Assembly (NCBI GenBank): GCA_963674755.2
Contig: CAXXVS010000003.1
Span: 800,001 to 864,000, forward strand
Direction: 5' to 3'
Origin: Desulfobacterales bacterium
GTDB lineage: Bacteria; Desulfobacterota; Desulfobacteria; Desulfobacterales; UBA5852
Length of the DNA stretch: 64,000 nt
The position numbers and the translations under genes are program-made. Below the pieces are notes generated by a model. The model saw only the letters and a list, made by a program, of their open reading frames with translations. It was not told where the DNA came from and searched no databases. Numbering within the stretch: position 1 is the stretch's first letter; each line of letters starts with the position of its first letter. Below are positions 1 through 10,371 of the stretch, in pieces.

Positions 1-1
1 A

Positions 2-502
2 CAGTCCGGCGGAAATATCTGGGTTTACAGCGTACCCGGTCAGGGCACGACCTTCAAGATTTACTTGCCGCGCACAGTCGACGCGCAAATCGCCCGGGAG
101 GCCACCCATACGGAGGCATCGATCAAGGGCCGGGCGGAGAAGATTTTAGTCATCGAGGATGAACCGGCGTTGCGCAAACTTTGTGCGACAATTTTGAAGC
201 GCGCCAATTACCAGGTGACCGTCGCGGCCAACGGAGGGGAGGCTTTGCTATTGGTCGAGGAAAACAAACTGCGTCCGGATCTGGTCATTACCGATATGGT
301 GATGCCCGGCATGAGCGGCAAAGTCCTGGTCGGGCGCCTCAGAAAGAGGCTGCCCGACCTCAAGGTTCTGTACATGTCCGGCTATACGGACAATGCCATT
401 GTGCATCATGGGGGCCTGGACGCAGGGACCCCATTTATTCAAAAGCCCTTTGAAAAGGGCAAATTGGAGCGAAAGACCAGAGAACTTCTAAATGGTCAAT
501 AA
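2..502 (+). CDS. C-terminal part (end of HATPase + receiver domain) of a hybrid sensor histidine kinase, truncated by window start
   Basis: Frame open from position 2 (QSGGNIWVYSVPGQGTTFKIYLPR), then REC motifs ILVIEDE, ITDMVMP, MSGY, IQKPF. Confidence 0.9.
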   Translation, partial: QSGGNIWVYSVPGQGTTFKIYLPRTVDAQIAREATHTEASIKGRAEKILVIEDEPALRKLCATILKRANYQVTVAANGGEALLLVEENKLRPDLVITDMVMPGMSGKVLVGRLRKRLPDLKVLYMSGYTDNAIVHHGGLDAGTPFIQKPFEKGKLERKTRELLNGQ

Positions 503-3428
503 AACCGCCACCGACAACGATGCAACGCCCATTCAAAAGCAGGGCGATGCCGATATCCTAAAGCGTCTCAAGCACCTTGAGAAAGAAAAAACGCTGAAGG
601 GAACGCGTATGAACAGCATAAAGAAAAGCGTTAGCCTTCCCGCTGCAAAATGCCATCGCACTCAGCCAGACAACGGTGGCCGTATCCTTATCGTTGAAGA
701 TTGTAAGGCGCTGGCCAAGCAATATGCACGCACTCTCTCAAAGATGGGATACACGTGTTTGCTTGCGTATGATGCCCTGCAGGCACTGGATTTCATTAAA
801 ACAGAAACGATTGATCTGCATATCGTGGATTTGCGACTGCCGGCCCCAAGCCCCTCCGGTTTAGAGTATATATCGCGACTCCGGGCTATCAAGAAGGACG
901 TAGCGGTCATTATCATCACAGCCCTTGAAGATGATGCAACGATCCAGCAGGCACTGAAATTAGACCTCTATGGTTACATGATAAAACCTATTTCCGACAG
1001 GCAACTGTTGGTTTGCGTGAACAATGCAATGCTGCGCGCCGCTCTTGAAAGAGCACTCAATAAGCAGTTGGACAATACCCAGGCCGTTGTGGTCGAAAGA
1101 ACCAAAGAGCTGTCTATTTTCAAAGCCTTCGCCGATCAATCCGGCCAGGGTTTAATTATGGGGACGCTGGACAATCGGATAAGATATGTCAACCCGGCCT
1201 TCAAGAAGATGGTGGGGGAACCAGCATCTACGCAGATCACCGGCAAATCGATTGTAAACCACTACCCTGCAAAATTAAAAACACGCATCGAGCAGGAAAT
1301 ACTGCCTGAAGTGCTGCAAGCGGGCAACTGGTCCGGCGAACTCTCCTGTAAAAAAACTGACGGCTGCACCTTTCCCACATGGGAAAACCATTTTGTAATC
1401 AAAGATCAAAACGGTGCGCCGTTATACTTCGGCGATATTATCAGCGACATCAGCAGACTAAAGCAAGCCCAAGCCGAAACCAATACGCAGTTAACGCTGT
1501 TGAAGACCATTATCGATACCATTCCCAGCCCGGTTTACTACCAAAACAGGGAGGGCAAAATAGTCAGTGTGAACAAATCGTACCTTGAGTTTAAGGGTTT
1601 TGAACGAATTGACGTCGTGGGCAAAAGCGTTTTCGACATCATGGCGCCGGAAGTAGCGCAAGTCTACGACAAAATCAACCGACAGCTGTTGAAAAAGCTT
1701 GGATCCAAAACATTCGAATCGAGCGCCGCGCGGGCCGACGGCACCCTGAGAAATGTTATTGTCCATAAAGCGTCTTTCCCGGACGCAGACGGCGAGATCG
1801 GCGGTTTGGTCAGCGTCATGATCGATATCACCGAAAGCAAACGTATGACCGAAGCGCTGCAAGCAAGCCGGGCCAGCTTCGAGGCGATTGTGCAGCGCAG
1901 TATCGAAGCGATACTTATCGTCAGCCATGATGGTCGTATCCTGTTTGCCAACCAGGGAGCCGAATTGCTGTTCGGCCGATCTGCAGACCAATTGGTGGGG
2001 TCCGACTTCGGTCATCCGATGAGCTCGGAAAGACCGGTGGAAATTGAAATCCTGCTTCCCCAAGGCAACCTCGGGGTGGGTGAGATGCGAGCGGAGCCGA
2101 CCCGATGGGAGGATCAATCGGTTCTATTGGTATCCATTCGTGACATTACCGATCGAGTTGCCGCCGAGGAAGAATTAAGACAAACGATTGGACAACTTAA
2201 AACAGCAAATCGAACGATCCTAAAGCAGCAGACATCGGCTCTTGAAGAGGAGCGGCTCAAAGTTCTGCTCCAATTGGCCGGCGCCACGGCCCATGAGTTC
2301 AGTCAGCCCTTGATGATCCTGATGGGGTATATCGATATGGTGGCGGATGATATCGGCGACAGCGAACGGGTCAATTCCCACCTGGATGAAATGCGCGAAG
2401 CCGGCCGTCGCCTTTCTGATGTCGTCCAGCGAATCAAAACCATTCGTCCCGAGATTCCTGCCGGTATATCCGGAGATGGTTCGGTGCTGGAAGTGAGCCG
2501 CGACGTCAGGATCCTGTCCATTGATGATTCCGTGGCGGATTATCAGGTATTGGAAAATATTTTTTCGACATCGGGCAACTTTTTTTTATCTCGCAGCGAA
2601 AGTCTTCAGTCGGCCCTGGAACGATTGTCTCATGATGTTTTCGATTTGATATTGCTGGATTATGCACTTCCCGATGGAACCGGCCTGGACTTTTTAAATG
2701 AGTTGACCCGGCGAAATATTCAAATTCCCGTTATCGTCATCACGGGCCTGGGCGATGAAATTATTGCCTCCCAGGTCATCCAGGCCGGGGCGTACGAATA
2801 TATCCCCAAACTTAAAATTTCTCCCAACGCGCTCCATCGGGCGATTGCCAATACGCTTGAAAAAGCCAAACTCAGACAGGCGGTGGCCCTGGCCCAGCAG
2901 AAAATCTCCCGCATGGCTGTCCGAGACGAATTGACAGGGTTGTATAACCGGCGATACTTTACGGAGGCGCTGGAACGGGAGTGTGCGAGGGCTATCCGTT
3001 CCGGGGAGCCATTGTCACTCTGCATTCTGGATTTAGACCATTTCAAGCAGGTCAACGACACCTATGGGCATCCTCAAGGCGATGAAGTCCTAAGAAAATT
3101 TGCCAGTCTGTTGACAAATTCTTCACGTGAAAGCGATCTGGTCTGCCGATATGGCGGTGAGGAATTCGGCATCATCTGTTCCAATGCCAGCAGCTCGCAG
3201 GTCTTGAATGTTGTCTACCAACGTTTGAAAACCGCACTTGGAGAGTGGGTATTTGAGTGCGACGGGCAGGAATTTCACGTGACCGTAAGTGCCGGCGTAG
3301 CAGAATTCAACGTAAACGATATTAACCTGCCTGAAAAACTGATCGCCGCCGCAGATCAAAGCCTTTACGCTGCCAAACTGGCCGGCCGTAACTGCGCGGT
3401 ATGTTCGTCAGTCCCCACCGAGGCATAG
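492..3428 (+). CDS. Diguanylate cyclase, REC-PAS-PAS-PAS-HisKA(DHp)-REC-GGDEF (start may be 609)
   Basis: REC (LIVEDC, IVDLRLP, IKP), three PAS-like segments, H-box ATAHEFSQPL, second REC (LLDYALP), DELTGLYNRR, DLDHFKQVNDTYGH, RESD I-site and GGEEF. Confidence 0.92.
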   Translation: MVNKTATDNDATPIQKQGDADILKRLKHLEKEKTLKGTRMNSIKKSVSLPAAKCHRTQPDNGGRILIVEDCKALAKQYARTLSKMGYTCLLAYDALQALDFIKTETIDLHIVDLRLPAPSPSGLEYISRLRAIKKDVAVIIITALEDDATIQQALKLDLYGYMIKPISDRQLLVCVNNAMLRAALERALNKQLDNTQAVVVERTKELSIFKAFADQSGQGLIMGTLDNRIRYVNPAFKKMVGEPASTQITGKSIVNHYPAKLKTRIEQEILPEVLQAGNWSGELSCKKTDGCTFPTWENHFVIKDQNGAPLYFGDIISDISRLKQAQAETNTQLTLLKTIIDTIPSPVYYQNREGKIVSVNKSYLEFKGFERIDVVGKSVFDIMAPEVAQVYDKINRQLLKKLGSKTFESSAARADGTLRNVIVHKASFPDADGEIGGLVSVMIDITESKRMTEALQASRASFEAIVQRSIEAILIVSHDGRILFANQGAELLFGRSADQLVGSDFGHPMSSERPVEIEILLPQGNLGVGEMRAEPTRWEDQSVLLVSIRDITDRVAAEEELRQTIGQLKTANRTILKQQTSALEEERLKVLLQLAGATAHEFSQPLMILMGYIDMVADDIGDSERVNSHLDEMREAGRRLSDVVQRIKTIRPEIPAGISGDGSVLEVSRDVRILSIDDSVADYQVLENIFSTSGNFFLSRSESLQSALERLSHDVFDLILLDYALPDGTGLDFLNELTRRNIQIPVIVITGLGDEIIASQVIQAGAYEYIPKLKISPNALHRAIANTLEKAKLRQAVALAQQKISRMAVRDELTGLYNRRYFTEALERECARAIRSGEPLSLCILDLDHFKQVNDTYGHPQGDEVLRKFASLLTNSSRESDLVCRYGGEEFGIICSNASSSQVLNVVYQRLKTALGEWVFECDGQEFHVTVSAGVAEFNVNDINLPEKLIAAADQSLYAAKLAGRNCAVCSSVPTEA

Positions 3429-3531
3429 CTGGGGGAGGCCGCCCTTCACATGTCCATATTTACACATCTCTTTTTTTTATTCCCATCAGGCATGCCATGG
3501 CAAAGGTGGACCGATGCATTCCCCCCGAAAC

Positions 3532-4341
3532 TCATTTTGCGATGCAACCGAAAACCAGGCATTTGCCATAGCCATATTTTCGGGCGATTCTTTCAAACGC
3601 CTGGTCTTGTTTCATATCGTTCATTGCCTGATTCATGCGCGCAATCAATTTTTCACGGTTTGGGATGTCGGCCCTTTTGGACACGCAAATATAGATCGGT
3701 TTGGGGCCTGTGATGGGATGCGGCAGCATCACCAAGCGTCCTGTAAGGCGCATATCTTCAATATGGGCCTGGAGCGTTGACGCCACCCCCGCAATCCCGT
3801 CAACCCTTTTCGCATCCAGCATTTTCACCAGACTGGTATAATTCCCGGCTTCGTCCACCGATATCAACCCCTCGCGCATTGCGCGGTCGAATTCCGGGCT
3901 CGTCGTAAATCCCCGTACGATGCCGATCCTTTTGCCATACAGGTCCTCGATTTTCTGAAAAGGGAAGGCTTCCCCTTTTCGGACAAAAATCGATAAAACC
4001 GCCCAACTCATGGGCGTATCTAAAAAAGCAGCAACTGCTTCCCGCTCGGGGGTTTTGTACCCTCCCAAAAAGCCGTCAATCTGGCCCTCTTCCAGTTCCT
4101 TCAGGACTCTTTTCCATGGCAGGGGCACCATCCGTACCCTTATCCCGCTTCGGTCGGCCACTTCCTGCATGACATCAATAAAGGGGCCTACATATTCCCC
4201 ATTCGTTTTCCATTTCCAGGGTTTGGAGATGGTTGCATTAAATGCCATCAGCAGCAATTGATCGGCATGGACAGAAGGCGCAAAAGGGCGTGCCCCCCAA
4301 AGCACAAGGCCTGCCAAACAGGCCGCTATCGTTTTCCCCAT
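3532..4341 (-). CDS. Periplasmic substrate-binding protein (polar amino acid / PBPb family), orphan
   Basis: AAGGAGGA RBS before ATG 4341; signal peptide; PWKRVLKELEEGQIDG, DLYGKRIGIVRG, ERIARKY typical of family 3 SBPs. Confidence 0.8.
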   Translation of the reverse strand: MGKTIAACLAGLVLWGARPFAPSVHADQLLLMAFNATISKPWKWKTNGEYVGPFIDVMQEVADRSGIRVRMVPLPWKRVLKELEEGQIDGFLGGYKTPEREAVAAFLDTPMSWAVLSIFVRKGEAFPFQKIEDLYGKRIGIVRGFTTSPEFDRAMREGLISVDEAGNYTSLVKMLDAKRVDGIAGVASTLQAHIEDMRLTGRLVMLPHPITGPKPIYICVSKRADIPNREKLIARMNQAMNDMKQDQAFERIARKYGYGKCLVFGCIAK

Positions 4342-4564
4342 GCAATCCTCCTTGGCCGCATTCATCTCCTGCCGCGACCCGGCATCGTATCCGCCGCTGC
4401 GCGCGAGCGCAGCCGACTCAGGGACCATGTCATGGCGTCATACCGCCGTCATCGACGAGCCGGCAACCTGTTTCGAAGGTGCTCTGAATTCCGCTTGTGT
4501 CAAGAGAATGGGTATGGGCTGAATCGATTTATGAAGGGGCTATTCGCGCGTCCCCTGACCGCTC

Positions 4565-6730
4565 CTAATCTGCCGCCAGGCTGTTTTCCACCCGCGGCAT
4601 CCCATAGATGGCCCTGATCAATTTAGCAGGGGATACCGTTTTACTGATCAGGGTTTCGGCCCCGGCGGCCTGCATGATGCGTGCGATGTGCTCATCCTCG
4701 TGCATGGAAAGCCCGATGATACGTATGCCCGGCATGGCGGACCGGATGCGGCGGGTGGCTTCGATACCGTCCATCTCCGGCATGGAAACATCCATGACAA
4801 TCACGTCCGGCTGAAGGCTCCGGGCTTTCTCGATGGCTTCCCGGCCGTTGGAGGCTTCACCGACCACCTGGATGCCCGGCTGGTGGCCAATCAACTGGAT
4901 CAGGCCCTGTCGCATGGCCGGGTGGTCGTCCACGAACAGGACGCGCAACCTTCCGGCGTCGGGCGCCATCTCGGGGAGCTGTGCGCTGGTGCGCGGCCGG
5001 ACCCCTGCCGGGTGGTCCAGGCCGGAGGCCTGTCCGTCCGGCAGGATCTCCGGGACTGTCAAGGTGAACCGGCTGCCCTTGCCCGGGGCGCTTTCAATGG
5101 TGAGCCGGCCCCCGATGTAGCTGGCCCGCTCCCTGATGCTCAACAGGCCGAAGCCTGCTTTTTCCCGGCAGGAATCGATGGCCTCGGGTGCAAAGCCCCG
5201 TCCCCGGTCGCTCACGGTAACGGTGAGTTCGTCGGCATTGCTGGAAAGGGCCACATGGGCGCTGCGCACCCCGGCATGTTTGACGATATTGAACAGCAGC
5301 TCCTGTACGGAGCGGAAGAGGAAGCTATTCAACGGGGCGCACTCCAGCGTCTGCTCGGCATGCGCGGTCAGCTCGACATGCAATTCGAACTGCTCCTGCA
5401 TTTGCCGGGCCAGCCATTGCAGGGCGGCGAACAGGCCGGCCTGGTGCAGCACCGCCGGACTCAATTCATGTGACAAGCGGCGGGATTTGGCAATGGATTC
5501 TGCCAGGATCTCCTCCACCCGGGTCAGAATCGGATCGTCATCGTCGCCGTGGATGGCCTGCAACTGCATCTTGGCGGCAGCCAGCATCTGCTGGAGATCG
5601 TCATGGAGCAGCATGGCGAATTGGCGCCGTTCCTTTTCCTCGGCCTCGATCAGGTCGACCGCCAGGGCCTGCAATTGCCGGGTGCGGGCTTCGGCCAGGG
5701 CTGTGCGTTCGGCCACCTGCTCTATCAGGGTGGTATTCAATTGCTGCAGCGCTTTTTCCGTCCGCAGCCGTTGGATCGCCACCGAGACCTGGTCGGCGAT
5801 GGAGCGCATGAGGGCCACTTCATCGGCGGCAAAGGACGGGCGCTTCCACGTCCCGAAGGCCAGCGTGCCGATGAGCTCGTCCTGCACCATCAGCGGATGG
5901 CAGCAGTAGGCATGGACACCGAAGGATTTTACCAGGGCCGTCAGCGGATCGTCGCGCTGATCCACATGATCGAAAATCATGGATTGGTTGTCGCGCGCCA
6001 CCATTCCGCTGACCGTCGTGCCGAAATCCAGCCCGCTGATCTGGGCGGCTTTTTGGGAGGAAATCCCGTCGTATGCGTTGAGGTAAAGCTTCTGACCGGA
6101 GGCATCGACGAGATAGTTGATAAAGACCTGGCAATCCAGATGGGTCATGGTCAGGCGGCAGAGATCCTCCACGATCGCCTGGGGGGCCTCGGAGCGCAGG
6201 AGCCGTTCCGCCACGGTGGCCAGCAGCGTCAAGCGCTCCTGGTTGGTCCGCAGTCTTTCCTCGGCCCACTTGCGGTCGATCAGGTCGGCCGCCTGGCGCG
6301 CCAGAAGATCCAGCGCACGCAATTCATTGGCCGTGGGGGTGTGGATTTCCCGCCAGTGGGTCGAGAGCAGGCCCAGCAACTTCCCGGACCGTGAAACGAG
6401 CGGCGTGGTCTGCACCGCCCGGATGCCGTTCTGGACAAGGACCTGCAGATCCTGGCTGCCCTGCAGGGCGCCGTTGGTCTGGACATCCGGCACAATGATG
6501 CGCTCCTGGATGCCCAAGGCCATGGCATACGAACTAACCGAATCCGGGCCGACCCGTGCCCAGAAACGGGCGGCGCGCTCGTTCAGCCCGCGATGTCCCA
6601 GCAATTGAAGCAGGCGTTTTTCCGGAGACAGGATATGGATGCAGGCGAAGTCGGCCTGCATGATCGACATGGCCGTGTCCAGGATGCGATCGTAGAGCAC
6701 CTGGATGTTGTCGGCTTGAACCATGGCCAT
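4565..6730 (-). CDS. GAF-GAF-HisKA_3-HATPase-REC hybrid kinase; C-terminal piece of a frameshifted MASE3 kinase gene
   Basis: Two GAF segments, ERRQFAMLLHDDLQQ, QELLFNIVKHA, DRGRGF, GFGLLSIRER, NarL-type REC (VDDH, MDVSMP). Confidence 0.85.
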   Translation of the reverse strand: MAMVQADNIQVLYDRILDTAMSIMQADFACIHILSPEKRLLQLLGHRGLNERAARFWARVGPDSVSSYAMALGIQERIIVPDVQTNGALQGSQDLQVLVQNGIRAVQTTPLVSRSGKLLGLLSTHWREIHTPTANELRALDLLARQAADLIDRKWAEERLRTNQERLTLLATVAERLLRSEAPQAIVEDLCRLTMTHLDCQVFINYLVDASGQKLYLNAYDGISSQKAAQISGLDFGTTVSGMVARDNQSMIFDHVDQRDDPLTALVKSFGVHAYCCHPLMVQDELIGTLAFGTWKRPSFAADEVALMRSIADQVSVAIQRLRTEKALQQLNTTLIEQVAERTALAEARTRQLQALAVDLIEAEEKERRQFAMLLHDDLQQMLAAAKMQLQAIHGDDDDPILTRVEEILAESIAKSRRLSHELSPAVLHQAGLFAALQWLARQMQEQFELHVELTAHAEQTLECAPLNSFLFRSVQELLFNIVKHAGVRSAHVALSSNADELTVTVSDRGRGFAPEAIDSCREKAGFGLLSIRERASYIGGRLTIESAPGKGSRFTLTVPEILPDGQASGLDHPAGVRPRTSAQLPEMAPDAGRLRVLFVDDHPAMRQGLIQLIGHQPGIQVVGEASNGREAIEKARSLQPDVIVMDVSMPEMDGIEATRRIRSAMPGIRIIGLSMHEDEHIARIMQAAGAETLISKTVSPAKLIRAIYGMPRVENSLAAD

Positions 6731-7746
6731 GCTGACCTGTTGCAGACGCTGGGCGACATCGAGCTCCAGCGACAGATTTTGAACAGCAGATTGTAGGGCT
6801 TGGCCAGGCCTGTTTCGATGACGGCCTTATACAGGAAGTAGAAGGAGATGATCTTGAGGAAGTGGCCCATGAAATTGGTGAAGGCGAAGGCGCTGGCATA
6901 GGCCGTAAAGGCCAGTTCGGCGAGCACGGTCGCGAAAATGGACAAGAGCAACAGGGCCGCAAATTCAGGATCGAAACGCTTGCGAAGATGGATGACCAGG
7001 CCGCCCGAGGCGAGCAGCAGCAGGCAAATGACGTATTCGCTGATAATTTTGAAGGGGGTCAGTCCACCGGCGTCCGGAAGGTAGCAGGCCGGGAAGATGC
7101 GCCAGTAAAAGATCGCCAGCAGGATCGCGGTGAAAAGGGTGCCGTAAATGAGGAAATAGAGCCAGGAGCGGATCTGGCGATCCAGCATGAAAGGGGCCAC
7201 CAGGAAGGTCAGGGCCTCCAGGTAGCGGGCAGCGATCCAGAGCTCGGCGGCCGTATTGACGCCAGAGCCGATAAACACGTTCATACCCTCGTAAGCCAGC
7301 ATGTGCACGAAGTCGAGGGCGCCGATAAACAGGTAGGCCACGCCGATGAGGAGGAGATAATGGTTATTGGTGTAGCGGCGGGTGTTCCAGGCCACCATGA
7401 AGATGCCGATGGCGATGACGATCGAAAACACTTCGGCCAGGCTGTGAAAAAGGAGGTAGTTGTGCAGGCTGGATGCGTAAAGCACGGCCAGAGTGAGCAG
7501 GGCTACCAGGGTCGGCATAAACTTTTTCAACCCGACGGTCCGGGCCCAGGGCCAGCGGGCAACCGGCAGCGCCTGTGCTGTTCGTGCACGATTGTTGGCG
7601 GTGGTGGACATGAATCCCCCTCGTCTGCGGCGTGAAAATTGATCCTGTTGCCTGCTGCGTAAAAGCAGTTGAAACTTACGCCAAGAATTCCCAGGGGGAA
7701 GGGACCCCTGAAAATCGTAAAATATTAGCACGTCATGCCGGTCCAT
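6583..7746 (-). pseudogene. MASE3 membrane sensor domain; N-terminal piece of the same kinase gene, frameshifted at about 6777-6780 (start 7746 or 7611)
   Basis: NYLLFHSLAEVFSIVIA, DFVHMLAYEGM, LWIAARY, GLTPFKIISEY, GHFLKIISF motifs; adding one A to the A4 run joins it in frame to 4565-6730 (LLFKNLSLELDVAQRLQQVSMAMV). Confidence 0.8.
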
Positions 7747-8058
7747 AGCAAATCCCTCCGGATGGTCCCGAAGGCATCGACCTGGCCATAAGGGCCTGTT
7801 GGGGAGCCGATCGGCAGCCGGCTTTTTCTGACTTTCCGATATTGCTTGATATTATCTCCACCAATCGTTAAGTCATATTGGCATAGAAATAAAATTCCAT
7901 ATTTTCGGTCTCTTGAAAAAAACGGTCAACCATTGCCGCTAAAGAACTCCAGGGACCGACACTTGCGAAGTGAACGCAGCCCTTCGGTTTGACCAGCCGC
8001 GGGATGTACAAAGCGTGATGGCTTTGAGGATCGATCGCTCATAGACAGGACAAGGTTC

Positions 8059-10323
8059 ATGGGAATCAGCAGGGAAGTCGAAACCCAGTATAAGTTGCTC
8101 TGTACGACCATGATGGACGCCTTCGGGGCAGCGGACCTGACGGGCCGCGTCCTGGAAGCCAATCAGGTTCTTCTGGACCTTGTCGGGTATACACGCGAAG
8201 AATTGCTGGCCATGAGCCTTTTTGAGCTCACACCGCAAAAGTGGCATGCCCTCGAGAATCGGATTATCCGCGACCAGGTCCTGGTGCGGGGTTACTCCGA
8301 CGTATTCCGAAAGGAATACCTTCGCAAGGATGGCCGCATCGTGCCCGTTGAGTTGCGCATCGTCCTGACAAGAGACTCCGATGACAACCCGGTCGGCATG
8401 TGGGCCATTGTACGCGACATTACCGAGCGTTTCGCGAAGGAAGAACGCCTCAGGCGGTTTCAGCATTCGGTGGAATCGTCGCCGGACGCGGTGTTCTGGA
8501 TGAACGCGGAAGGCTGCTTCCCCTATGTCAATGCGCAGGCCTGCCGCTCCCTGGGATACAGCCGGGAAGAACTCATGCAGCTCCACCTGTGGGATATCGA
8601 CGCGGATTTTACGTGCGAGCAGTGGGAAACCCACTGGGAGAGGGTGGGCAAGGCCGGCGGTGCCCATCTCGAAAGAAGGCATCGGCGGAAAGACGGAACC
8701 ATATTTCCCGTGGAGATCTCCTCCAACCAGGTCATGCTAAACCGGCAAAGGCACCATGTTGCCTATGTCCGGGATATTACGCGGCGGAAGAAGACAGATG
8801 AAGAGCTCCGTTTTTTTAAACACGCCATTGACAATTCGCCCGAGGGCGTTTTCCTGCTGGCGCGGGACGGCGGCTTTATCTACGTGAATGATCAGGTCTG
8901 CCGCTCCCTGGGATACAGCCGGGAAGAGATCCTGGAGCTGCATTTATGGGACATCAATCCCACCTTCCCGCCTGAACGTTGGTCGGCGCATTGGGAAAAG
9001 ATGCGGACGGTTCCATCGCGCCTGGTCGAAACCGCTCACCATCGCAAGGATGGATCGGTTTTTCCCGTAGAGGTCATGACCTTCCGACTGCCCTTTGGTG
9101 ATGAGGAGCGCATCCTGGCTTTTGTACGTGATACCACGGAACGCTTGAAGGCGGATGCGGAGCGCGACCGGCTGGAAGCCCAGCTGCTGCAATCCCAGAA
9201 GCTGGAATCCGTCGGACGCCTGGCGGGCGGCGTGGCCCACGACTACAACAACATGCTCAGTGTCATTCTCGGGTATTCGGAACTCATGCGCGCCAAAGTG
9301 GGACCGGATGCCCCGTTTTTAAAAGAACTGGACCAGATTCAGCAGGCCGCCCAGCGCTCCAAAAACATTACGCAGCAGCTGCTGGCCTTTTCCCGCAAGC
9401 AGGTTTTCGAGCCTGTCATTCTGGATCTCAACGATCTTGTGCACCGGTTCGAAGGCCACCTGGCGCGACTTATCGGAGAGGATATCGAACTGCAATTTAT
9501 GCCTTGCACGGGTACCAGTAAAATCGAATTCGACCCGACGCAAATCGAGCAGATTCTCATGAACCTGGCGGTGAATGCCCGTGATGCCATGCCCGACGGC
9601 GGGAAGTTGACCATCGAAACAAGCCATATTGTATTGGATGAAGCCTATTGCCGGGAGCATGTGGGCTTCATCCCGGGCCGCTTCGTCAGGCTTTCGATCA
9701 GTGATAACGGTATCGGCATGGGTGCGGAGACCGTCAACCGGATCTTCGAGCCCTTCTTCACCACCAAGGACGTCGGCCAAGGTACCGGGCTCGGGCTGGC
9801 CATGGTCTACGGTATTGTGAAGCAGGGCGGCGGTTTTATCAACGTCTACAGCGAGCCCGGACAGGGAACGACTTTCAAGATCTACCTGCCCCGGACCACG
9901 GGCGAAGAGGGAGCACCGGCCGCAACGAAAGCCCCTCTCCCCGCAAGCGGATCGGAAACCATTTTATTGGTCGAGGACGACAAGATGGTCAGGGGCATGA
10001 CGGAAGCCGTTCTGAAACGGCTCGGCTATAAAGTCATATGCGCAGATGGTCCCGAGGAGGCCATCGAAATATTCAAACAAGCACAGGCCGTCATCGACCT
10101 GCTGGTAACGGATGTGGTCATGCCGAAAATGAACGGCCGGGAACTGCACGTCCGGCTGAAGGCCTTACGCCCGGACCTCAAAGCGCTTTTTATGTCCGGC
10201 TATACGACCAACGTGATCGTCCATCACGGGGTATTGGATAAAGGCGTGCACTTCATTTCCAAACCGTTCAGCATCAGCAAACTGACCGCCAAGATACGGG
10301 AAACCCTGGCGGCCGAGGGGTAA
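8059..10323 (+). CDS. PAS-PAS-PAS hybrid sensor histidine kinase/response regulator
   Basis: Three PAS/PAC units, QSQKLESVGRLAGGVAHDYNN, NARDAM, FEPFFTTK, GTGLGL, C-terminal REC. Confidence 0.95.
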   Translation: MGISREVETQYKLLCTTMMDAFGAADLTGRVLEANQVLLDLVGYTREELLAMSLFELTPQKWHALENRIIRDQVLVRGYSDVFRKEYLRKDGRIVPVELRIVLTRDSDDNPVGMWAIVRDITERFAKEERLRRFQHSVESSPDAVFWMNAEGCFPYVNAQACRSLGYSREELMQLHLWDIDADFTCEQWETHWERVGKAGGAHLERRHRRKDGTIFPVEISSNQVMLNRQRHHVAYVRDITRRKKTDEELRFFKHAIDNSPEGVFLLARDGGFIYVNDQVCRSLGYSREEILELHLWDINPTFPPERWSAHWEKMRTVPSRLVETAHHRKDGSVFPVEVMTFRLPFGDEERILAFVRDTTERLKADAERDRLEAQLLQSQKLESVGRLAGGVAHDYNNMLSVILGYSELMRAKVGPDAPFLKELDQIQQAAQRSKNITQQLLAFSRKQVFEPVILDLNDLVHRFEGHLARLIGEDIELQFMPCTGTSKIEFDPTQIEQILMNLAVNARDAMPDGGKLTIETSHIVLDEAYCREHVGFIPGRFVRLSISDNGIGMGAETVNRIFEPFFTTKDVGQGTGLGLAMVYGIVKQGGGFINVYSEPGQGTTFKIYLPRTTGEEGAPAATKAPLPASGSETILLVEDDKMVRGMTEAVLKRLGYKVICADGPEEAIEIFKQAQAVIDLLVTDVVMPKMNGRELHVRLKALRPDLKALFMSGYTTNVIVHHGVLDKGVHFISKPFSISKLTAKIRETLAAEG
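8541..8927 (+). repeat. 30-bp identical direct repeat between PAS2 and PAS3 coding segments
   Basis: CTGCCGCTCCCTGGGATACAGCCGGGAAGA at 8541-8570 and 8898-8927, 357 bp apart (in frame). Confidence 0.85.
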
Positions 10324-10371
10324 ACGCCCGCCCCAAAGGCCCTGGAGGGGGACTCCTTCCTATATGCAGGT

